From positions 768,001-832,000 of the forward strand of contig OZ252243.1 in the NCBI GenBank assembly GCA_965249555.1: DNA of 64,000 nucleotides. Direction: 5' to 3'. The stretch comes from Nitrosopumilus sp. GTDB lineage: Archaea; Thermoproteota; Nitrososphaeria; Nitrososphaerales; Nitrosopumilaceae. The notes under the pieces were generated by a model. The model was not told the origin of the DNA. It saw nothing but the letters and a program-made list of their open reading frames with translations, and ran no database searches. This document shows, one piece after another, positions 9,960 through 19,902 of this stretch. The number at the start of each line of letters is the position of its first letter. Within the stretch, counting starts at the first letter, position 1. The translations under genes and the position numbers were made by a program.

Positions 9960-11401
9960 GTATGAATCAAGCACTTAGATGTATTTTGCCATCTCAGAAA
10001 ACATGTTCAATTCCCTTATTCTCCATGTCTCAAAGCATGTGAGAAAGACTGAGATCATCCTCATGCCCTGATCACTCTTCATCTGCCCGCGAACATTCCT
10101 CTGCATCACGCACTTTCGAATGGAATTCTCTGCATCATTGTTAGTTGACGGGACATCGCCATCCATGACAAACGTAAACATGCTGTTCCTTGCAGTCTTT
10201 AGCTTCTTGCCAAACTGAACCATCTCCATATCACCTTTCAAATATCGTGCAATGATACGGTCTAGCTGTTTTAGTAAATCATCCCTGTACGTTTCCCGCC
10301 GTTTTGTATGACGATTACCTACACTCCAAACCCTGGCATGACCTAGCATATCTGAGAGTTTCTCGTATAGAATCCTTGCCTTTTTGTCCTGTGATTTTAT
10401 TGCCAGATATTTGGCATCGCGCTGCAGGTGTGCAGTGCATCTCTGCTTTGTGTTATCACAAAATACTGTCCTGTACGGAGCATATCCGTCAGACACTAGG
10501 GTTCCTTTGAATTTCTTCCAGTACTTTTTTAGAACATTGGCACCTCTGCTGTACTCCAAGGCATACTGTGCACTAGTCTTGCTTCTTGCAACCCACATCC
10601 ATCCAGTATTTCCATCAATTGAAAATCCTGTCTCATCGATTCCGAGAATATTTTCAGTCACGATTTCGCTGTGGATTGTATTGTAAAATGACTCTAACAT
10701 CACACTACCGTTGCGAAGAATGGATTGTACGGTTGTATTGCTGATTTCTAATCCATATCTTTCATAGAGTGTGGTTCTGATAGCATCGTATGTCAATCTC
10801 TTTGAGAACAGTGAGACGACCTCACGTATCACTGAACCATCAAAACATCCATGTAGTGGAAGGTTTCCCGTGGTTTGAAAATTATCAGAACAGTCCATGC
10901 AGATGTATTGATTCAAAACATGCTCAGTTATACCGTAGGGTGTTGGTGGAGGAATCTCAACCATTATCCTTTTGCAGGTTTTGGTTTGATGAATATTTTC
11001 ACTACCGCATTTGGGACATGCATCTGATCTGTGGTGTTTGGTGCTAGTTGGTCTGAATTTCTGTGTCTTGCCAACGTGTCCTGCTATTCCACCACGTCTT
11101 GATTTGCCTGGCTGTCTGTGTTGTCTTTTTTGCTTTCTCCATTCAAGGGAATTCTTTGATGGCGGAGAGTGTGCATTCTCATAATATGACAGCTTTTTTT
11201 GCAGTTCCTTGTTTGATTCTATGAGATTTTCTATGATTAGCGGTAGTTGTTTTAACTTTTCTTGCAGTTGTTTTATCTCTGCTTGTAGCTGTATGATGAT
11301 TTTCTCATGACCACAACCTGACATGTTTTGTATGATGATTTAGTTGATCTTAGATCTTTTTGTGTAATGATATTGATTTGTGCGTGAAGGTTGATACATA
11401 C
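9960..11401 (-). mobile_element. IS66-family insertion sequence (single-ORF, ISBst12-like), 1442 bp
   Basis: Imperfect TIRs GTATGAATCAAGC / GTATGTATCAACC; 8-bp direct repeat CCAGAATG at 9952-9959 and 11402-11409. Confidence 0.92.
9975..11324 (-). CDS. IS66-family DDE transposase
   Basis: N-terminal coiled coil, SPPS, CPKCG Zn motif, GIDETG, LVSDGY, QRCTAHLQR and STNNDAENSIR. Confidence 0.95.
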   Translation of the reverse strand: MSGCGHEKIIIQLQAEIKQLQEKLKQLPLIIENLIESNKELQKKLSYYENAHSPPSKNSLEWRKQKRQHRQPGKSRRGGIAGHVGKTQKFRPTSTKHHRSDACPKCGSENIHQTKTCKRIMVEIPPPTPYGITEHVLNQYICMDCSDNFQTTGNLPLHGCFDGSVIREVVSLFSKRLTYDAIRTTLYERYGLEISNTTVQSILRNGSVMLESFYNTIHSEIVTENILGIDETGFSIDGNTGWMWVARSKTSAQYALEYSRGANVLKKYWKKFKGTLVSDGYAPYRTVFCDNTKQRCTAHLQRDAKYLAIKSQDKKARILYEKLSDMLGHARVWSVGNRHTKRRETYRDDLLKQLDRIIARYLKGDMEMVQFGKKLKTARNSMFTFVMDGDVPSTNNDAENSIRKCVMQRNVRGQMKSDQGMRMISVFLTCFETWRIRELNMFSEMAKYI

Positions 11402-11495
11402 CCAGAATGAATAACAGTCTGCCAGTCAGTGTGAGATCAATTACATAGGAGTAATTTCCTTACGTTCATAACGATCTACGATCAATTCCGGTGAT

Positions 11496-12161
11496 ATGGA
11501 TATTTTCAAATTTGATGTGTATAGGGGTCCTAATCTTGGAGTATACATCAGTGTTAATGATAATACGATTCTAGTTCCAATGGGTTATGCCAAATCCAAA
11601 GCAGAAAAACTTGAAGAATATCTTGATGCAGAGGTTTTATTCACATCAGTTGCAAACACCAGACTAATTGGAATATTATCTGTAATGAACAACAAAGGAA
11701 TTCTACTTCCAAAGACTGCATATCAGGATGAATACGATTTTCTGAAAAATGAGACTGACTTGGAAGTTGGTGTACTTGATTCAAAATTTACCGCATTAGG
11801 AAATGTAATTTGTGCAAATGACAAGGGAGCAGTTGTATCTCCTTGGTTGTCAGATAAGGATTGCCAGACCATCAAAGATGTGCTAGGAGTTGAGGTGATT
11901 CAGAAAAGAATTGCAGGATTCAACCAAACAGGAGTAGTCCTTGTTGCAAATAATTCTGGTGCTGCTATCCATCCGGAAGCCGATGAGGAAGACATGAAGA
12001 CATTTTCTAATCTGCTAGGCGTAAGAATAGAGCAGAGCTCAATTAATAATGGAACACCATATGTCTCATCTGGAATTCTTGCAAATAACCATGCTCTAGT
12101 TGTTGGGTCATTAACTACGGGTCCCGAGATTATGATGTTAACTAGGGCTTTTCTAAATTAA
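11496..12161 (+). CDS. eif6: Translation initiation factor aIF6
   Basis: NLGVY, GNVICANDKGA, ANNSGAAIHP and TTGPEI motifs. Confidence 0.95.
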   Translation: MDIFKFDVYRGPNLGVYISVNDNTILVPMGYAKSKAEKLEEYLDAEVLFTSVANTRLIGILSVMNNKGILLPKTAYQDEYDFLKNETDLEVGVLDSKFTALGNVICANDKGAVVSPWLSDKDCQTIKDVLGVEVIQKRIAGFNQTGVVLVANNSGAAIHPEADEEDMKTFSNLLGVRIEQSSINNGTPYVSSGILANNHALVVGSLTTGPEIMMLTRAFLN

Positions 12162-13422
12162 GAATAGAGTTTGGGTCTTCGGTAAGTTTCTCCAAAGATA
12201 TTATTTCTTCTGCTCCGTCATTCATGTCACGCAGTACGACATTTCCTTGCTCCAGTTCCTTTGGTCCAACAATAATTGAGAATCTTGCATTTGTTGCAAT
12301 CTCCATCTGTCTTTTTAGATTACGTCCTGCCAAATCAATGTCAGTTGGGATGTTTGCCAATCTTAGTAGTGATGCGATGGATAGTGCAACTTTTTGCATC
12401 TCATCATTAATGTACAATACTGCAACGCGCTTTTGTGTTACTTTGGGAACTATTCCTTGCTCATCCATTGTTAGTATGATTCTCTCCACACCACCTGCAA
12501 CTCCAGTTGCACCAATGTCTTTCCTGCCAAATGCCTTGGTTAGAGAGTCGTATCTACCACCACCAGCAAGTGCTCCCAGTGTAGAGTTTTTATCAAATAC
12601 CTCAAAGACAACACCAGAATAGTAATCCAATCCCCGAACTATGCCAAAATTAATTCTAACATTTGAGACTCCGCGATTCTCTAAGGAGTCAATTAACAAT
12701 TTTAGTTCATCCCAAGACTCTAGCTGTGATACATCAAATGCCTTTTCTACTTCAGAAATGGTTCCCTTGATTTGTGAGAACTCTAGAATCTTTTCTAGCT
12801 TGTCTGTGTCATATCTGTCTTTGAACTCATTTAGGATATCGTCTTTTGATTTTTTTGCAATCTTATCTACTGCTCTTAGGATATCTGCCACCAGTGTTGT
12901 ATCTATAGAGTCAAAGATTTTGTTAATATAGGATTCTACAAGATTTCTATGGTTAATGTCAATTGTAATATTTTTGAGCAACAGTGAATCAAATAGTCTG
13001 GATGTCAACTCTATAACTTCGGCTTCAGATTCCAGGGTTGGTTTTCCGTAAATTTCAATATCCCACTGATGAAAGTAGCGATATCGTCCCTTTTGAGGCT
13101 CGTCGTATCGAAATACTCCTCCAAAACTAGAGATTTTTGCTGGGAGTTTCATTGATTTTTGAGCAGCGGCGTATCTGGTTAATCCAATTGTAAAGTCAAA
13201 TCGTAGTGCTACATCTCTGTCTCCTTTATCTTTGAAATAGTAAATTTCATCTTTGATTGCAGGACCTGACTTGGTTTCAAGTACTGATAGTAACTCGATT
13301 GGGGATGGATCCATAAATGAAAACCCGTACAGATTTGATAGTTGCTTGAAATGATACCTGATATGCTCAATGTTTGCAGTCTCTGCTCCTTCAAAGTCCT
13401 TCATTCCGCGTGGTAATTCCAA
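12142..13422 (-). CDS. hisS: Histidine--tRNA ligase
   Basis: PRGMKDF, LRFDFT, FRYDEPQKGRYRYFHQ, RGLDYY, GGGRYD. Confidence 0.97.
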   Translation of the reverse strand: MELPRGMKDFEGAETANIEHIRYHFKQLSNLYGFSFMDPSPIELLSVLETKSGPAIKDEIYYFKDKGDRDVALRFDFTIGLTRYAAAQKSMKLPAKISSFGGVFRYDEPQKGRYRYFHQWDIEIYGKPTLESEAEVIELTSRLFDSLLLKNITIDINHRNLVESYINKIFDSIDTTLVADILRAVDKIAKKSKDDILNEFKDRYDTDKLEKILEFSQIKGTISEVEKAFDVSQLESWDELKLLIDSLENRGVSNVRINFGIVRGLDYYSGVVFEVFDKNSTLGALAGGGRYDSLTKAFGRKDIGATGVAGGVERIILTMDEQGIVPKVTQKRVAVLYINDEMQKVALSIASLLRLANIPTDIDLAGRNLKRQMEIATNARFSIIVGPKELEQGNVVLRDMNDGAEEIISLEKLTEDPNSILNLEKP

Positions 13423-13623
13423 GATGATTCTGTGTGTAATGATTAGGATTTAGATTTTACTAAATTTGGTGAAAGTATTTACTAGACTTTTAGAGAACAT
13501 ATGATTTGATCATTAAATTAAAATGCTTTGAAGAAATAATTGTATCATCTAAAAAATTATCAGATAAATTTTGACACTGATGAATTATGCGTAAACACAT
13601 TGTGATTATACGGCATAATCGTC

Positions 13624-13888
13624 ATGGTGGATGTTCTAATTGTTGGGATTGTTAAAGAACGAGGATGTATCATTGCATTTGTGATCAATGGTGGGTTGTA
13701 CGATAAAGACGATGTGGTATCAACCATATTGTTAGACAAGATGATGGATGGGAACATGTTTACATATTTGTTGAAGGTTATACAAAAGCCAGAGTTTTGT
13801 AAAAACATCATACACTGGAACCAGTTTTCTATGTACTCCTCCTGATGGGATACTGAAAAACAACCTCGGTGAACTTCCTCAGCATTGA
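13624..13888 (+). pseudogene. DUF3892-like protein, two frameshifts
   Basis: Joined frames read MVDVLIVGIVKE...VEGYTKARV...TGTSFLCTPPDGILKNNLGELPQH*, resembling the DUF3892 C-terminal L-x-T-x-P-D...NNL-x-x-LP pattern. Confidence 0.6.
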
Positions 13889-13913
13889 TTTTTGAGTCTG
13901 CTTCAAACCAAAA

Positions 13914-14390
13914 CTAGACTATTTTTGGATCCAAAAATACATTCAAAAGATAAACTAACAAAATAATAGAAATCCATGCAAATTTCCCCATTTCTGCAGC
14001 ACCAAACCCAAGTGCTTCTAATTCAAGTGGTACTTTCATTTTATCATATGTTGAAAATTTCCTGATGGCTTCTAAGGCATGTTCGTGAGGGTATAGATTA
14101 TGAGCATAAAGATTTCGAATTTCATTTAAAATTTTTAAATCTCGATTGTAGGTTTCATCGATTAACCCTAACTCAAACAAACGCTGTTGTTTTGTTGCAA
14201 ATCCATCCTTACTATAATCTTCAGAAATCTGATGTAAAATCCCGTTGAAGAACTCTTCGGCCTATAGATGTGTGCGCATAATCTGACCAATCAAATCAGA
14301 AGTCTCAGTAATTGAATTCATTACAATCAACATTGCATCTTTTGGTTCCATGGATTTCCATGATTTGATTATTTCATCTGGAGTTGTCAT
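13914..14390 (-). pseudogene. HEPN/MtlR-like helical protein with one in-frame TAG (14262-14264)
   Basis: ATG at 14390 is in frame with the 13914 stop; reads ...MRTHL*AEEF...LKILNEIRNLYAH (RxxxxH). Confidence 0.6.
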
Positions 14391-14454
14391 GGTTTTTCTC
14401 ATTTTGTAGGATCATGATGTCTCTAAAGCCATATGATCAAGTTTTTCAATAATT

Positions 14455-14976
14455 TCATTTAGAATTTTGTTTGGTAATATCTTTATCTAAAAAATGTTTT
14501 ATAAGTATGAAAATTTGACATGTGAACAAAATCATCGCAATAACAAGAAAGATTACTAAGCTTAGATGTATATTTTCAAAGTGCTCATCTGCGGATTTAC
14601 CTTCTATTTCATTTGAACGTACAATCAAATCAATATTGTCTTCTTTCTCTTCACTGTCTACATAAAAAAATGCTCTGTCTTTTGGATACATGTGTGATAT
14701 GTGGTATATTTTTTGATCATGATTTGTGTAATTTGTGATTATTTCTCCAGACAGTTTTGTATGATTGATATAATTGATTGTCAATTTCTGATTTGGATCA
14801 AATTCTATAGTTACATCGGTTGCTTGTTTGAAACCAACATTTTGGATTGTTAGATATGTTGCATCCCCATAGTATATCAGCGTAGGTGTAAGGGGTGAAG
14901 CAAAAATCCACAAAATGACACTGATTAATCCACTTATTCCAAGTAGCGTGATATTCTTTTTTGTACTTTTTTTCAC
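14455..14976 (-). CDS. Hypothetical membrane protein (N- and C-terminal TM helices around a beta-rich domain)
   Basis: 173-aa ORF with two hydrophobic segments. Confidence 0.65.
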   Translation of the reverse strand: MKKSTKKNITLLGISGLISVILWIFASPLTPTLIYYGDATYLTIQNVGFKQATDVTIEFDPNQKLTINYINHTKLSGEIITNYTNHDQKIYHISHMYPKDRAFFYVDSEEKEDNIDLIVRSNEIEGKSADEHFENIHLSLVIFLVIAMILFTCQIFILIKHFLDKDITKQNSK

Positions 14977-15255
14977 ATGTTTAGAAAATATTTGAACTAA
15001 ATAAGTTTTCTAATTTACCTGTGAAGAGTAAAAATGTGGATCAGTCAAAATTTGAACATTGAAAACTCTCAAGATGCAGTTAAAACATGCTGATGAACGA
15101 TTAGCAATACTTGAATCGGAATTATCCAATTTCAAAACTACTCGAATACAAAAAATACACATCCTAAATTGTTAGATGTTAACACTAAATTTTATATCTA
15201 AATTCATACAAGTATGAATGAACTAGTTATAAATTCGTCATAATATAATAATGAC

Positions 15256-16731
15256 ATGCCTACATCAAATGCATGTCAGTACAATCATGACTATTACTCT
15301 TCAATTTTAAAAAAAATTATTCCTTTCAAATGTGTACATAATCCCCTTTCCTCTGGTTACTGTATCTTTCATGATGAAGATTATTTAATTGGGCATGAAG
15401 ATGAAATTCGTGAATTTGTTGAAAATTATTTAGAGGAATGCCAACAACGTGGATTGCCATTTGAATGTGTAGGATATCATTTACCTGAACTAGATTTTGA
15501 AGATACTCGATTTTTAATTTCTGTTAATTTTACAGATGCTAAATTTTATGGGGAAGTTATATTCGATAATTCAGAATTTACTCAATATTCTGATTTTTCA
15601 CATGCTACTTTTTTTGAAACTGCCGGATTCACTAATACTCTATTTTTAGATGATCTGAATTTTAATTATGTGCCACAGGCTAAAAATATTTTATTTAGAT
15701 ATAGTAAATTTAAGAAAAAAACTGATTTTAGATATTCGCATATTAAAAATGGCTCATTCTTTCATTGTGAATTTGAACATGTGGATTTTTCTGAATGTCA
15801 CTTTTACACTTCTATTAGTTTCGCTTCTAATTATTTTCATAATAGGACTGATTTTACTGGTTGTATTTTTGATGATAAAGTATATTTCTCGTCATCACAA
15901 TTTTCTGAAGAATTGATATTTGACAAGCCTGAGTTACACGATAAATGTATGCTACAAAATGTTGTTTTTCTAAAACCTAAATCTGTCTATGTTGCAGGGG
16001 ATTTATCATGGGTTTCTTTTTTAAATACTGATTTATCCAGAATACATTTTGGAAATTATTTAATTTGGAATAACACTGCAAAAGATTCTAAATTCCAAAA
16101 TCAACAATTTATTATTTATGATGAAAAATTATTGGATGACGATGTTGAAAGTGGATTAGAATTAAATGCTGTTTTAGATGTATATCGAAATTTACGTGAA
16201 AATTTTGATTATTATTTGAGATATGATGATGCTGGTGATTTCTTTATTCGTGAAATGGAATTAAAACGTAAGTATAAACAATCTGCCAATAAAATTGGAA
16301 AACAAACATCAAAAAAAAATTGGGTAATTAGTAGATTTTCCATTATGGGGTGGTATGGTTTAATTTCTCAGTATGGTCATTCATTATCTAGATCCTTTTC
16401 TTCTTCATTGATTGTTTTTTCATTTTTTGTAGTTTTCTTTGGAACTAGTAATTTTTGCAATGTGGATTACTCTACTTGGCACTTAGATGTTTCTTCATCT
16501 TGGTACTGGGATTTTTCTTCATCTTGGTACTTAGAACCAATTGTGAACTGTAAGTTACTACCATTGGACTTTGCTTTACAGAGAGCATTTTCTGGATTTT
16601 TTCCCTTCTATTCCTCAAATCCTGAAGATCTGGAGTTGTCTGATATTCTTTTACGTGTGATATTATTGCCAATTTCGGGTTCTTTCTTTATTTCGCTTAA
16701 AAGAAAACTTGAACGTAAATTCAGACATTGA
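15256..16731 (+). CDS. Pentapeptide-repeat protein with N-terminal Cys/His motif and C-terminal TM helices
   Basis: C...C...YCIFH N-terminus; ~10-aa-periodic F-x-x-[AST]-x-F repeats; YRNLREN...AGDFFIREM helix; YGHS followed by TM segments. Confidence 0.8.
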   Translation: MPTSNACQYNHDYYSSILKKIIPFKCVHNPLSSGYCIFHDEDYLIGHEDEIREFVENYLEECQQRGLPFECVGYHLPELDFEDTRFLISVNFTDAKFYGEVIFDNSEFTQYSDFSHATFFETAGFTNTLFLDDLNFNYVPQAKNILFRYSKFKKKTDFRYSHIKNGSFFHCEFEHVDFSECHFYTSISFASNYFHNRTDFTGCIFDDKVYFSSSQFSEELIFDKPELHDKCMLQNVVFLKPKSVYVAGDLSWVSFLNTDLSRIHFGNYLIWNNTAKDSKFQNQQFIIYDEKLLDDDVESGLELNAVLDVYRNLRENFDYYLRYDDAGDFFIREMELKRKYKQSANKIGKQTSKKNWVISRFSIMGWYGLISQYGHSLSRSFSSSLIVFSFFVVFFGTSNFCNVDYSTWHLDVSSSWYWDFSSSWYLEPIVNCKLLPLDFALQRAFSGFFPFYSSNPEDLELSDILLRVILLPISGSFFISLKRKLERKFRH

Positions 16732-16766
16732 GGTAGATTTATCCAATAGATTGTATTAAAAAAATA

Positions 16767-17960
16767 ATGGTTAAAACCAACGATCCCATATTTTTGGAGG
16801 CAAAAAAAGAATTTGGAAAGAAAACCTCTGTTGCATTTATTGGAAGAACATATGATGGTAAAACAGTTGCGTCCACTTTACTGTATGATGCAATTTTTAA
16901 TCATTTTTATCCAAAAAATAAAGATAAAGTAAATGTTCGACCTATATTTGGTACAGACAAATTAGTGACAGATCATAAACGCATGTTTCTCAAAGGACGT
17001 TTTCCAGCGCCAACTCTTCCTGGTTCAAAATTACAAATTGTTGTTAGAATTGCAAGCAAATCTAGTTTTGGGCCGAAAATTGATTTAATGTTAAAAGATG
17101 CTTCTGGAGAAGATTTGATGAAAATTTTACGAAAAGGTGACAAGACTGATGAAGAACTACTAACACTTGTGTTGAATGAAGGTCTTTCTGACTCTGAATC
17201 CTATGGCCCTTTAAGCTATTTGCCTTTTGTCGAATTATATGTACTTTTAATTGATTGTGAAACTCATAAGGATTGGATTAGTGAACAATACAATTATGCA
17301 AAAATCATTAATTCTATTAACCAATTAAAAACAATAACTAAAGAAGTAGACAAGCAAGGACGTTTTAAATCTGCAATTGCCATAGTTTTCACTAAAGTAG
17401 ATAAATTGCCCCCTGATATTCTAAAACCCCAAGGTAAGAAAATATCTGCTAAAGAAATCGTGGCAAATAAGTTACTTGCTTTAGAATCTACTTTATCTGA
17501 TAGTCATGATGGCAAAGTCGGTTATTTTATGATGAGTGTTAACAATGTACATGAAGCATCTCCTGAAGAAGCAAGTGAAATTGCCCTTGAAGAATCCGAA
17601 GAATTATCGTCACAAATAGAAGATTCAGAATTAGAAGAAAGAGAAATAGCAAAACGCATGATTGAACAAAAAATTGATGAACGCGTTCAAAAAGTGATTA
17701 GTAAAATTCGACAACAACGAATCGCCGAAGGACATCCTGTAGATGTTGCAGAAAAACATGCACAGACTGCAGGTAATGTTGAATTAGAAATAGCAAAAGA
17801 AGAGTTAACTATTGATGAAGAATTCATTGCAAAACAAAACATATTGGATAAACTCAGAAATCCTGATAAGAAACACTATACGATCTTACTCCCATTAAAA
17901 TACAGTTCAAGAGAATACATCAGGTTTATTTCATGGATGCATGAAGTATTGACAGAATAA
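16767..17960 (+). CDS. Atypical TRAFAC-class GTPase (Double-GTPase/DO-GTPase-like) with acidic coiled-coil insert
   Basis: G1 GRTYDGKT, G2 FPAPT, G3 DASGE, G4 TKVD. Confidence 0.8.
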   Translation: MVKTNDPIFLEAKKEFGKKTSVAFIGRTYDGKTVASTLLYDAIFNHFYPKNKDKVNVRPIFGTDKLVTDHKRMFLKGRFPAPTLPGSKLQIVVRIASKSSFGPKIDLMLKDASGEDLMKILRKGDKTDEELLTLVLNEGLSDSESYGPLSYLPFVELYVLLIDCETHKDWISEQYNYAKIINSINQLKTITKEVDKQGRFKSAIAIVFTKVDKLPPDILKPQGKKISAKEIVANKLLALESTLSDSHDGKVGYFMMSVNNVHEASPEEASEIALEESEELSSQIEDSELEEREIAKRMIEQKIDERVQKVISKIRQQRIAEGHPVDVAEKHAQTAGNVELEIAKEELTIDEEFIAKQNILDKLRNPDKKHYTILLPLKYSSREYIRFISWMHEVLTE

Positions 17961-17963
17961 TTC

Positions 17964-19703
17964 ATGTTACACAGTCAACATTTTATCTATACTACTGCAT
18001 CATTAAAAGACAAATCGGGATATCAGATAGTTGCTCAAAGCAAGAATATCTCCCCACAATTATTATCTAAACTCAGTGGAAATTTCTTACCTGTGGGTGT
18101 GGATCCAACTAATATTAAAAAATGTTACATGTTTTTTGTATTTGAAAATGATGTTGTATTTAGCACAATTAAAAATATTGGTGTCGGATTTGATGGCAGA
18201 AATAACACGTTATACAACCATTCGATTATTTTATCCAAAGATGATTTTTTAAAAATACATAATAATCCTAGAGTCATGTCTGAATATTTCATTGATGATT
18301 ATTCTATGCATGGTAACTTAGACCCTCTAATAATTAATGAACAAGATATTAAAAATTATGATTTATCCTTTTTTTCTAATTGGCCAAAAACAATATTGGA
18401 GAATGTCTTTGACGGGATTTTTAATAACAAAAAGATTGCATTATCGGGAATATCTGATGATCAGTTCCTTCTTAATTTAATTTCAATACTACCTAAATCT
18501 TTACGTTTAAAGTCATTTTCCACTGGAATTTCAGATTCTAATAAACAAACCATGTTTGATATTTTTCAAATAAACCCTGATGTAATTTTCAACAAAAATC
18601 ATAATTATGAAATAATCCATGTTTCAAAGCTACGTCCAATCTATACCCATGATGCAGATACCGTTTTTGAACGAAGCATTAAATTTTTTACAGATTTAAT
18701 AAAAAATCAACATGAAAAATCTTTAGAATCTGTGAACATGTTATTTGATGAAATTATTGATGTATCTGATGTTAACAAATTAAAATTGACAACCTATTTT
18801 GAACGTGTAAAGACGATCTCTGACGACTCCACAAAACAACGATTGTCTATAGAAATTTTTACCATGTTGGATAATTTTGAAATTAACACTATTGGTAAAA
18901 TACTTCCAACGATAAAAAATTTTGTGTCTGTTGATGTATATGACAAATATTCACTCCAATTAGAAATTCTACACCTCGTTAAATCTACCATGAATACTGA
19001 TATTGATTTTGCATATGTGTCATCATTATTTCATCGCCTTTCTCATGATAATTCTGAAAATAGATTGTTGTTATTGGATGAGCTTATTAAAACTAGATTT
19101 GATGAAATGAAATCTGTAGGTGATAAACTGTTGTTAGATTCTAAGTATGTATTGTATTATGGGGATGATATTGTTAATAAAATTCTTACTACTCCTTCAC
19201 TACATTCCTGTATTTTTAAATTGTTTGTACCAAGAAACAATTTTCCAAAAATTTACCAACAACCATTTTTTGAATTAATAATTAAAAACTCTCTTACCAT
19301 TGATGCATCTATTACTTTAAAACTTCTTCAAACATCAATTTTTGATTTCAATAACCAATTTGAAAGTAAACATTACAAGGAGATTCTTGGCAATGTATTT
19401 GATCATTTGATTTTATCCAATATGAAATACATGAAAGAAATTCTCAATTTATCTCTCTTCTTATATGAAAAAATATTTACAATTACTAATCACGTTCCGT
19501 CATCTGATACTACTAAATCTAATCTTGAACAATTTATCCAAATTATTAATATTCTTCATAACTATTTTGAAACTCACAAAAAATCTATTCCTAAAAATAT
19601 TCGTTTACATGAAAAAATATCTGCACATTTTGAATCTTTATCAAATTATTTAGATCAGCATCATATTGAACCAGAACCTAGACCTTGGTGGCATTGGTTT
19701 TAG
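17964..19703 (+). CDS. GTPase-associated protein (GAP1-N2/GAP1-M-like, DENN-like N-terminus plus helical C-terminus)
   Basis: N-terminal QHFIYTT..GYQIVAQS..G.DGRNNTLYNHSIIL; middle KKIAL..LISILPKSLRLKSFST; starts 3 nt after the GTPase stop. Confidence 0.65.
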   Translation: MLHSQHFIYTTASLKDKSGYQIVAQSKNISPQLLSKLSGNFLPVGVDPTNIKKCYMFFVFENDVVFSTIKNIGVGFDGRNNTLYNHSIILSKDDFLKIHNNPRVMSEYFIDDYSMHGNLDPLIINEQDIKNYDLSFFSNWPKTILENVFDGIFNNKKIALSGISDDQFLLNLISILPKSLRLKSFSTGISDSNKQTMFDIFQINPDVIFNKNHNYEIIHVSKLRPIYTHDADTVFERSIKFFTDLIKNQHEKSLESVNMLFDEIIDVSDVNKLKLTTYFERVKTISDDSTKQRLSIEIFTMLDNFEINTIGKILPTIKNFVSVDVYDKYSLQLEILHLVKSTMNTDIDFAYVSSLFHRLSHDNSENRLLLLDELIKTRFDEMKSVGDKLLLDSKYVLYYGDDIVNKILTTPSLHSCIFKLFVPRNNFPKIYQQPFFELIIKNSLTIDASITLKLLQTSIFDFNNQFESKHYKEILGNVFDHLILSNMKYMKEILNLSLFLYEKIFTITNHVPSSDTTKSNLEQFIQIINILHNYFETHKKSIPKNIRLHEKISAHFESLSNYLDQHHIEPEPRPWWHWF

Positions 19704-19902
19704 GATCCAAACTCATTAGATCAATTTCACTTAAAGATTCAAAATATTATGATTGTACAAATCTGTTGAGATTTGGTATTTTCTAAACCTAAATCTTTTT
19801 TGAACATATTTTACAGCAAATATTTGTATGTCCTAAACTATCTAATTCCCTCATAGGGATTCATCATTCTAGTTCAATACCCTAAAAATAAAAAAAGAAA
19901 GA

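Larger units (their letters stand above)
13450..19860. other. AT-rich genomic island (boundaries approximate)
   Basis: Visibly more A/T-rich than the flanks; non-core ORFs and pseudogenes; no att repeats found by eye. Confidence 0.6.

Noticed and set aside
14262-14264. Pyrrolysine read-through of the in-frame TAG
   Set aside because: No pyl genes here, TAG is used as a normal stop by many genes in the window, and neighbours are pseudogenes; a nonsense mutation is simpler
15030-15175. Coiled-coil fragment (LKTLKMQLKHADERLAILESELS) that might be an integrase C-terminal tail
   Set aside because: Too short and lacks diagnostic residues
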